Origin: Angelvirus px29
Taxonomy: Duplodnaviria; Heunggongvirae; Uroviricota; Caudoviricetes; Straboviridae
Virus record (IMG/VR): IMGVR_UViG_2700988902_000001
Coordinates: 1 to 11,519 of that record
DNA length: 11,519 nt
Strand: one strand, 5' to 3'
Shown: piece after piece, positions 1-6,602 of the stretch
How positions within the stretch are numbered: position 1 is the stretch's first letter
Layout of the letters: each line of letters starts with the position of its first letter
Program-made: the position numbers and the translations under genes
Notes under the pieces: model-generated
The model's input: the letters and a program-made list of their open reading frames with translations, nothing else
Told to the model about the DNA's origin: nothing
The model's database searches: none

Positions 1-2205
1 TTATTTTGCGATTTTTACGATATCAGCGGCAATAGTGTCTTTGACATCATAAATCTGATTCAGATACGCGATGATCAGCGGGTTATTTCTCTCGAATTCA
101 TGAACCTTGATATAAGCGCGGTCATGAGCTTCTTTTTCGAGACGACGAACAATAACATCCAGCGTTTCAACAGACTTAGTACCAACAAGCTTCGGTCTTG
201 CGTTAGCCATACGACTCATAAACAGACCGGTATCGCTACGCGAGCCAGTAGTACCACACAGATTGTCAGTCAGCGGTTTAGTAATCGTGTTAGATGCCAG
301 ACGGCTAATCCAACGCTCGTTTACAGTCACGCCAAAATCATCGTGAGTAAGATTATCGATCAATTTTGTGGTGTAGTCAACAATCATTTTCTCTTCGAGT
401 TGCTGAATATCGCTATTCTTATGAGCGCGAGCCCAATGTTGATTCTTGAACACATAGATCGTTTTCTTCTCAAGCTTTGACCACTCTTTGATAATACGTT
501 CATCAAAGGTATTCGCAGATTTCCAGCTCTCGTACTTGTCGCGAGTCTTACCGTTTTTCAGAGTCTCGGTTGTGATTGTCGGAGTAACAATGCGCAATGC
601 GCTATACTCGGTACCACACCAAAGAACATCTTTCAGATCATCGATATCCTCGACATACATCTGAACTTCTGACGAACCGCCGTTTTCGATCTTGATCACG
701 TTGGTTGCTTTGCCAGTACGCTTTTTGACTTGAGTATGACCAGCGTCTTTCATCGCTTTCAAGATTTCGGCGCGAACTTTCGACAACAGAATTACTTTAC
801 CCTTAGTGATACGCTTAGGGAAGTATTTCAGATATTCGATCATGTTTTCGCGATTCGCTTTACCGGTTTTCTTGCTCTTCGGATTTTTGTCATCAATCGG
901 AGCATCGGAGAATACGTCATAAACATACGCGCCGTCAACCGGGAATTTGTTCAGTCGATACAGACCGTACATTACTTCCGCTGCACCAGTTTTCATGTCG
1001 TTGATGATTATCGGTCTGAAATTAGCTCCAAAACTAACGTCATGACCACCGTGCCAACGCTGTTTTACCTTACGAACAGTACCAGCACTAACACTAGCAC
1101 GAACTACCGGCAGATCTGGATATGGTCGTTCAAAAGAGCTAAATTTCTGCTTCCAGTCTTTGATAGTCTTTTTGTGGAAGACTACATTTTGCACCATACG
1201 ATTCCAAACGTCAGTCGGGAATCGATTGATCAGTCGGGAATGAAGTTCGCGAATGTCTTTACACTTTGCAAACTCTTCCGCGATTTGATCGTCGTGAACT
1301 TTGTTCAGAATACGCATACGCTTTTGAATAGAAGCAATGGTTTCTGGGTCCAAACTCAGTTCTTCGCGGCTCGGGGTCATGTCCAGTTCGCCAATTTCGA
1401 AACGAACATAATAAACTTTACGAGAAGCGTAGAGTCCGATCATGCTATCGTTCCAATACTCACTGGGGATTGGATACACAACGCCACCCATTACAGCATA
1501 CACACCGTTGCTATGCATCGGACGGTTGCCATAAGAACCCTCGATGTGACAAATTCCGTCTTTGTCGAAGTTCAGATAGTTAACAGTAATCGGTTTGCCA
1601 ACGAAACGTGGGCGATAGATGTCGAAAGAGCAGAAAACACGTTTCGCTTCATCTTCCCAAGTATTCATGTCGTTAGACACCGGAACAGTTACTTCAACGC
1701 CAGTCGGCTCAGTAGTATCTTCCTCGTACATTTTCATGATCTGCGGCTCGCCGTTTTTCATGAATGCACTGAATACCATTTTCTTCCCACCGAACCAAGA
1801 AGTAACGGTGAAAGTATCAGTGTAAGCGAATGGAGACTTAGACCCCAGACCAAAACCACCGATTTCATCATTACTGTTTGCTTTGGTACTTGCAAAGTAG
1901 GTCGAATAAAGACCTTCGATGTCTTCTTGACACAAGCCAATGCCGTAATCGCGAACACTGAATTGTTGATTCAACATACTCGGCAGAGTAACGTCGAAAG
2001 TTGAACGAGGCTCAACGCCAGAACGTTTCAGAGCAATGTGACCATCTACCGCATTACAACACAGTTCGCGAATGATAGCGCGTTGCTTGTACTTATACAG
2101 CGAACTAGACAGAATCTTAAACGCTTTGGCACTAGCCAGAATCTTAAAGCCGGCGCTTTGTTCGATAGAGCCAAAAATCTCGGTTTCTTCTTGATGAATT
2201 CTCAC
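1..2205 (-). CDS. rIIA: RIIA protein (protector from prophage-induced early lysis), 734 aa, GTG start
   Basis: N-terminus FKILSSSLY...RAIIRELCCNAVDGH, VRDYGIGL and GGFGLGSKSPFAYTDTFTV match the GHKL-like N-domain of T4 RIIA. Length is similar. It lies downstream of 39/60 as in T4. TAA stop at 1-3. Confidence 0.92.
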   Translation of the reverse strand: MRIHQEETEIFGSIEQSAGFKILASAKAFKILSSSLYKYKQRAIIRELCCNAVDGHIALKRSGVEPRSTFDVTLPSMLNQQFSVRDYGIGLCQEDIEGLYSTYFASTKANSNDEIGGFGLGSKSPFAYTDTFTVTSWFGGKKMVFSAFMKNGEPQIMKMYEEDTTEPTGVEVTVPVSNDMNTWEDEAKRVFCSFDIYRPRFVGKPITVNYLNFDKDGICHIEGSYGNRPMHSNGVYAVMGGVVYPIPSEYWNDSMIGLYASRKVYYVRFEIGELDMTPSREELSLDPETIASIQKRMRILNKVHDDQIAEEFAKCKDIRELHSRLINRFPTDVWNRMVQNVVFHKKTIKDWKQKFSSFERPYPDLPVVRASVSAGTVRKVKQRWHGGHDVSFGANFRPIIINDMKTGAAEVMYGLYRLNKFPVDGAYVYDVFSDAPIDDKNPKSKKTGKANRENMIEYLKYFPKRITKGKVILLSKVRAEILKAMKDAGHTQVKKRTGKATNVIKIENGGSSEVQMYVEDIDDLKDVLWCGTEYSALRIVTPTITTETLKNGKTRDKYESWKSANTFDERIIKEWSKLEKKTIYVFKNQHWARAHKNSDIQQLEEKMIVDYTTKLIDNLTHDDFGVTVNERWISRLASNTITKPLTDNLCGTTGSRSDTGLFMSRMANARPKLVGTKSVETLDVIVRRLEKEAHDRAYIKVHEFERNNPLIIAYLNQIYDVKDTIAADIVKIAK
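2104..2148. repeat. 18-bp direct repeat (17/18 identical, 27-nt period) inside the rIIA 5' end
   Basis: actagacagaatcttaaa (2104-2121) vs actagccagaatcttaaa (2131-2148); encodes FKILSS and FKILAS. Confidence 0.8.
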
Positions 2206-2225
2206 AATTAAATCTCATTGTTGAC

Positions 2226-2254
2226 ATAATATATTTCTCACTCGATTTCAGAAA
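2226..2254 (-). promoter_or_regulatory. Weak candidate promoter for rIIA
   Basis: TATTAT (2231-2226) as -10, with only a poor -35 (TTTCTG) 17 nt upstream; follows the terminator hairpin directly. Confidence 0.25.
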
Positions 2255-2279
2255 ATGGCATGATTTCGAAGTCATGCCA
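2252..2279 (-). terminator. Intrinsic terminator upstream of rIIA
   Basis: Minus strand TGGCATGA-CTTCGAAA-TCATGCCA-TTTT: perfect 8-bp stem plus U tract, 9 nt after the stop of the 103-aa ORF. Confidence 0.7.
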
Positions 2280-2288
2280 ACGGTTTAC

Positions 2289-2600
2289 TTACAGATACTC
2301 GTCAAACCAACGTTCGCCCAGCTCTTTCAGATCTACTTCGTGACCGAAGATCAGACGCAAGTTAGCAGTTTTTTCGGTGATCTCTTTTGTCTCGGCGAGC
2401 GAATCGCGAAACTTCTTGATCTCTTTCTTTACGCTATAAAGAACAAGAATGTTGTTCTCAGCACAGTAATCTTCCCACTCTTTGAACTTGTTGTCAATGA
2501 ATTTAATGAACTTTTCTCGCAAGAAAGTCATTTCGCCAACTTTAACGCAAGGGCTGATTTTCTTAGAAATATCACCCAGATTTTTGGTCAGATTACCCAT
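2289..2600 (-). CDS. Hypothetical protein, 103 aa (start uncertain; weak RBS, alternative Met at MTFLREKF)
   Basis: Fills the gap between the CYTH gene and rIIA on the coding strand; overlaps the CYTH stop by 13 nt; no recognised motif. Confidence 0.7.
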   Translation of the reverse strand: MGNLTKNLGDISKKISPCVKVGEMTFLREKFIKFIDNKFKEWEDYCAENNILVLYSVKKEIKKFRDSLAETKEITEKTANLRLIFGHEVDLKELGERWFDEYL

Positions 2601-3073
2601 TTTGAGTTCAGAGCCTTTTTTGTTGCTTTGTTAGCCATACGACGATTGTTGTAACGCTTATCGCCAGTCACTTCGTCACCGACCCATTCTGGGAGCGGGA
2701 GAATTTCTTCGTTTTCGTGTGCCAGTTCAATCTCGGCAACTTTCAATCCACTATACATTTCGGTAGTGAATGTGTCAAGCTCGATTTTGTGTTTACCGTG
2801 ACGATAGACGCTTCGTGTCTTAGTCAGGATTCCACCCGGACGATGTTTCATCCAGAAGAATTCGTAAACGAATTTCGGGATTCTGGTTTCCAGCTCAATC
2901 TTCTTGATTCCTTTACCGAATTTCATATTCCAGTAATAGGTAGTCAGACCGTGAACTTGCTTGCGAAACCGCATCTTACCGATATAGAACTGATCGATAT
3001 CCATACTATACATCGGAACGTCTTTGATTTCAACGTCTTTTACCAAGAACTTTCGTTCGATTTCGTGTAACAT
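2588..3073 (-). CDS. CYTH / triphosphate tunnel metalloenzyme family protein, 161 aa (start revised from 3091 to 3073)
   Basis: EIERKFLV (ExExK), RFR, ELE, KTR, ELDTF, AEIEL and PEWVGDEVTGDKRYNN. ATG at 3073 has SD AAGGAG 6 nt upstream and puts ExExK at the N-terminus, as usual for the family. Confidence 0.9.
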   Translation of the reverse strand: MLHEIERKFLVKDVEIKDVPMYSMDIDQFYIGKMRFRKQVHGLTTYYWNMKFGKGIKKIELETRIPKFVYEFFWMKHRPGGILTKTRSVYRHGKHKIELDTFTTEMYSGLKVAEIELAHENEEILPLPEWVGDEVTGDKRYNNRRMANKATKKALNSKWVI

Positions 3074-3079
3074 TGTACT

Positions 3080-3123
3080 CTCCTTTTTCAAACACAGATC
3101 ACAGTCTATACTTGAAAAAGGAG
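3080..3123. repeat. Perfect 12-bp inverted repeat with 20-nt spacer covering the CYTH SD
   Basis: ctcctttttcaa (3080-3091) and ttgaaaaaggag (3112-3123). Confidence 0.85.
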
Positions 3124-3131
3124 GGTGTCAA
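3103..3131 (-). promoter_or_regulatory. Sigma70-type promoter for the CYTH gene
   Basis: TTGACA (3131-3126), 17 nt, TAGACT (3108-3103). The -35 includes the TGA stop of 39+60. Confidence 0.7.
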
Positions 3132-3140
3132 CCCTCCTCC
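3115..3140 (-). terminator. Intrinsic terminator at the end of 39+60
   Basis: GGAGGGT-TGAC-ACCCTCC-TTTTT; the stop codon lies in the loop. Confidence 0.75.
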
Positions 3141-4972
3141 TCTTCATTTTCTACATCTTCGACATCAAAACCAAGCCATTGTTTGCGCTTGCGCTCGTCT
3201 TTGCCGAATAGCATTTCCAACAACTCTGGTGTTTTGGAATCTACAACTACTTGTTCCAGAACAAGATTTTCAATACATTGTTTGTATTCGCAATCGTCAC
3301 CTTCAACGGTCAAAGAACCAAGTCCCTTGATGTGTCGATGTGTCCACTTGCTATCGAATTTCTTAGCTCGGAATTCTTCGCGTGAATAGCTCCAATCAGT
3401 TTTCTTGCCATTAGTGCTGATGTATTCGGGTGTTCTAACGATGTAGATACGACCTTGTTCAAACCACTGTGGCCAATACTTGTAGAAAAACGCGATTGCC
3501 AGCATAGCGATAGAACCTTTACCGTCTTGATCGGCGTCAGTCATGATAGCGATATCGCTATATGCTGGTGCCTCTTTCGAGCGCAGATCTACGTTCAGAA
3601 TGCCAAGCAGTTCTGAGATCTCTTTGTTTTTCAATACTTCATGATCTGGCAGATCCCAGACGTTCAGCATTTTACCGCGCAACGGATAAGATCCTTGTGT
3701 TTCCTCATTACGAAAACGAGTAAACGGACCAATCGCTGAATCACCTTCTGCAAGAAACAGCATGGTTTTAACACGACCCATACCAGACGCTTTTACGTGC
3801 TTGGCAACGTTCGCTTTCTTTGCTTTCTTTTGTGCTTTGGTTGCGGCTGCTTTATCAGCGGCTTCCTTTTTAGCCAATGCGGATTCGATAATCGGATCAA
3901 TAACTTCCGGTGTTTTCAGCATCTTGCGAGCAAGTGCCTTATAATCCAGATTCATGTGATCTCTAATCTGACTCCACGGAGAACTCAATCGTTCTTTTGT
4001 TTGACCATCATATTTCGGCGCAATCAGATCACGAATGAACAAACCAATCAACAGACATTCTTTGATGCGAGCTTTTGGAATCTCGATCTTATGCTGACGC
4101 TTGATCATCGGAATCAATTCATCACTCAGACTGTCAATAATGCCAGTAACGTGATTACCGCCCTGCTTAGTGTGAACACCGTTAACAAAACTCAGTTGAC
4201 GGAATTCATCAGAGTTAGCGATAAACAAACTAACATTGTCATCGTTATGACTGATTACTTCACCAAATTGTGCAGCGAACTTGTTAAACTTGCTCTCAAC
4301 TTTCTTGCCATTATACTTGAAAGTGATCTGCGGGAAGTTCACAGCTAATGTGATCAGTCGAGATTGTATCACTTGCTCAAACTGATCGTCAAGCTGAAAC
4401 ACACCAAAACGTGTGAAATCTGGAACAAAAGTAACAACCGTGCCTTTGAACTTGCCTTCTTTGGTCGTGTAACTCACTTCATCAGCGTTGTTTGTGCAAC
4501 GTACAGTAACAACAGATTTACCGTTACCAGTTTCACCAACAAAGCTATCAGAGAAAAAGTTAGTCAGTGCAGAACCAACACCGTTTTTACCAATGGTCTT
4601 TCGATCAGCGGAGAAGTTTGAACCAGCGCGAGCGCGAGTCCAAGCAGCCAACGGCAACGGAACTTCATCACCTTCCGGAGTCTTTACAATTTGTTGAGGC
4701 AGACCGCGACCGTTATCCTTAACAGTTACCTGATTGTCCTTGATAAAAACTTCGATCTGATTGGCGTGTTCGAAACTGGTTCGAATCGCTTCATCCACAC
4801 AGTTATCGATTACTTCGTCGGTGATCTTGACTAGACCAGGGACATATGCATGTGGGACGAATTTACCATCAACAAGAACATCGTGAACTTCTGTAGAAAT
4901 TGCCCCGATATACATGTCGGTGTTAATAAGGCAGTGTTCTTTATCAGATAAAACTTTAAAATCTTGTGACAT
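3128..4972 (-). CDS. 39: DNA topoisomerase II large subunit, fused gp39+gp60, 614 aa
   Basis: GHKL motifs (EVIDNCVDE, DNGRGLP, GSNF, GKNGVGSALTN) followed in the same frame by TOPRIM motifs (LAEGDSA, PLRGK, MTDADQDG) and gp60-like HIKGLGSL. SD AAGAGG. Confidence 0.95.
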   Translation of the reverse strand: MSQDFKVLSDKEHCLINTDMYIGAISTEVHDVLVDGKFVPHAYVPGLVKITDEVIDNCVDEAIRTSFEHANQIEVFIKDNQVTVKDNGRGLPQQIVKTPEGDEVPLPLAAWTRARAGSNFSADRKTIGKNGVGSALTNFFSDSFVGETGNGKSVVTVRCTNNADEVSYTTKEGKFKGTVVTFVPDFTRFGVFQLDDQFEQVIQSRLITLAVNFPQITFKYNGKKVESKFNKFAAQFGEVISHNDDNVSLFIANSDEFRQLSFVNGVHTKQGGNHVTGIIDSLSDELIPMIKRQHKIEIPKARIKECLLIGLFIRDLIAPKYDGQTKERLSSPWSQIRDHMNLDYKALARKMLKTPEVIDPIIESALAKKEAADKAAATKAQKKAKKANVAKHVKASGMGRVKTMLFLAEGDSAIGPFTRFRNEETQGSYPLRGKMLNVWDLPDHEVLKNKEISELLGILNVDLRSKEAPAYSDIAIMTDADQDGKGSIAMLAIAFFYKYWPQWFEQGRIYIVRTPEYISTNGKKTDWSYSREEFRAKKFDSKWTHRHIKGLGSLTVEGDDCEYKQCIENLVLEQVVVDSKTPELLEMLFGKDERKRKQWLGFDVEDVENEEEEG

Positions 4973-4985
4973 TGATACCTCTTAG

Positions 4986-5009
4986 ATGTGGAGTGTTTAG
5001 ACTCCACAT
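4986..5009. repeat. Perfect 9-bp inverted repeat with 6-nt loop over the -10/+1 region of the gene 39 promoter
   Basis: atgtggagt-gtttag-actccacat; no U tract follows on the minus strand. Confidence 0.85.
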
Positions 5010-5036
5010 TATACACAATAAACCTGTCAGATAAAC
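5008..5036 (-). promoter_or_regulatory. T4 early-like promoter for 39+60
   Basis: GTTTAT (5036-5031, resembling the T4 early GTTTAC), 17 nt, perfect TATAAT (5013-5008), in a 64-nt intergenic gap. Confidence 0.7.
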
Positions 5037-5537
5037 TTAGATTACCTGTTTCTTCCACTTTTCGTTCTTGCTGATCATCGCGGTAACGATCAGTTCGCGA
5101 GCTTTATCGGCAATGAGCGATTTGTCCGGCTTGCCGCCCATTTCTTTTGCCATCTTTTCGTATAGCTCAACATAGACCAGATCGATGCCGCTGATAATCA
5201 GATCTGCGATCTCACAGTGCAGCGGTTCTGGATGCTGCTTGTGCGGCTTGTTAATGACTGTAGCAGCCTCGCCAAGCTCTTCGGTGCACTTACCAAGTAC
5301 ATAGTGCTGACTACGTTCAACGGGTGCAATCTGAGACGTCTCAAGCACGTTGGCGATAGGGTCAATCGGGTTAATACTGTGAGCAGCATTCCAACCCATT
5401 ACCCAAGTATTCCAGCAACTACCACGAACAATGAATTGCTGGTCTTCGTTCAGATTTTCCCAGTTGTAAGCTTTCTGAAATTCTCGCTCGCATTCCATAC
5501 GATTTTTCGGAGCAAGACGAACATCAAGTGGAAACAT
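5037..5537 (-). CDS. MazG-like all-alpha NTP pyrophosphohydrolase with Trp-rich N-terminal extension, 166 aa
   Basis: KCTEELGEAA...LHCEIADLII gives the EExxE...ExxD metal-binding pattern of the MazG fold. SD AAGGG. Confidence 0.8.
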   Translation of the reverse strand: MFPLDVRLAPKNRMECEREFQKAYNWENLNEDQQFIVRGSCWNTWVMGWNAAHSINPIDPIANVLETSQIAPVERSQHYVLGKCTEELGEAATVINKPHKQHPEPLHCEIADLIISGIDLVYVELYEKMAKEMGGKPDKSLIADKARELIVTAMISKNEKWKKQVI

Positions 5538-5539
5538 TT

Positions 5540-5743
5540 TTAACCCTTAATAAAAGCGTGAGCACGTTTGTAGCTGGCAATGATACCCTCAACGCGAGCA
5601 GCGATGTCGATATCAGACGGTACTCGAAGATTCATAATAGCGCGATTAATAACTTCGCGTGAACTTTCGATCAGATTGTAAACAGTGCGATCCAGAGTGT
5701 CGATTTGTTTTTGCTCGAACTCGGTAAAAATTCTTTCTTCCAT
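5540..5743 (-). CDS. Hypothetical protein, 67 aa
   Basis: Tightly packed with 2-nt gaps on both sides; SD-like GAGGAG upstream; no recognised motif. Confidence 0.75.
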   Translation of the reverse strand: MEERIFTEFEQKQIDTLDRTVYNLIESSREVINRAIMNLRVPSDIDIAARVEGIIASYKRAHAFIKG

Positions 5744-5745
5744 TT

Positions 5746-5919
5746 TTATTGCTCCTCGGTGTATTCGGTACCAGCATCAGAAACGATTCGTTCTGCCAAT
5801 GCCTTACCTTCTTTGTTGTAGATTACGGTGGTCATTTCGCCAAAGCCATACGAAGTCCGCTCAAAAGCACCTTCGACACTAGCCAGGATCTCGTTATAAC
5901 GTACTTCGTTGATTTTCAT
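5746..5919 (-). CDS. Small protein, 57 aa, absent from the ORF track; possible Cef-like protein
   Basis: ATG at 5919, SD AAGAGG, TAA at 5746-5748. Translation MKINEVRYNEILASVEGAFERTSYGFGEMTTVIYNKEGKALAERIVSDAGTEYTEEQ. It fills the gap exactly. The CDS is well supported; the Cef assignment is tentative. Confidence 0.8.
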   Translation of the reverse strand: MKINEVRYNEILASVEGAFERTSYGFGEMTTVIYNKEGKALAERIVSDAGTEYTEEQ

Positions 5920-5921
5920 TT

Positions 5922-6602
5922 TTAGCCTCTTAAAATGGAATGTGGGTCAACATTATCGCCAGTCGGAATTTCTTCCAATCCCCAAGCATAACGCTTAGAA
6001 AAAATCAGCATTAAAATGTCCTTGGCGCAGTCATGTATACTATCATGTTTCACGAACCCGTCAAGTGTTCCCTTTGGTAAAGGACAAATTGTTTGCATTC
6101 TTGAACACAAGTTTTGTTCAATAGCTGTTCTGATGTCGCGTTGACGACTAAAGTTAACAGGCTGTTGAAAGATTGTATCGTCTTGCTCTAATGACTCGGA
6201 AAGCATGTCCTCGAACATAGGAAAGTCAAAGCTATTCCCACGACACCAAGCCAGTGATTTCCAGTAGTCAATTTTGAAATCTGGACGTCTGATATAATCA
6301 TAGAACTTTGCCATCCCATCATTGATATCAACATCTTCCGAACTCGGTTTCAAGTTCTTTTTCGCATCGAATTCTTGTGTCTTCCACCATTCGATTACAG
6401 ACTTCATTTTATGTCGATTTGACTGAGACTTCAAGTTAAATTTGATTTTAATTCCACGAGACACAAGCTCTTGAAAGCTGGGAGGATTTTGAATATCCTC
6501 CCGATAAACGATAGCAGATAAATCCACTATCGTCGCATTCGCTTTGTTACTCAGTGTCTCCATGTCGATGATATAATCATCGTACTCGGGGACTTGAATC
6601 AT
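5922..6602 (-). CDS. dexA: Exonuclease A (DexA), DEDD-type 3'-5' exonuclease, 226 aa
   Basis: YIIDMETL, ELVSRGIKIKFNLKSQ, IEWWKTQ, WCRGNSFDFP, QRDIRT and CPLPKGTLDGFVKHDSIHDCAKDILM closely follow T4 DexA. ATGA overlap with the dut stop. Confidence 0.93.
   Translation of the reverse strand: MIQVPEYDDYIIDMETLSNKANATIVDLSAIVYREDIQNPPSFQELVSRGIKIKFNLKSQSNRHKMKSVIEWWKTQEFDAKKNLKPSSEDVDINDGMAKFYDYIRRPDFKIDYWKSLAWCRGNSFDFPMFEDMLSESLEQDDTIFQQPVNFSRQRDIRTAIEQNLCSRMQTICPLPKGTLDGFVKHDSIHDCAKDILMLIFSKRYAWGLEEIPTGDNVDPHSILRG

Noticed and set aside
730-2004. 424-aa plus-strand ORF (and the 126-aa ORF at 100-480) antisense to rIIA
   Set aside because: Exact codon-register shadow of rIIA. No RBS, no motif and unnatural composition; expected when TTA/CTA/TCA codons are rare on the sense strand.
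2221-2250. Perfect TTGACA on the plus strand upstream of rIIA (possible antisense promoter)
   Set aside because: No credible -10 at 16-18 nt (gatttc at 17).
2588-3073. Adenylate cyclase as the product name
   Set aside because: The CYTH fold alone does not imply cyclase activity; the C-terminal signature looks more like the tripolyphosphatase branch.
3074-3091. Track start of the CYTH ORF at 3091 (MKKEST...)
   Set aside because: No SD. The segment contains the real SD, and the ATG at 3073 fits the family N-terminus.
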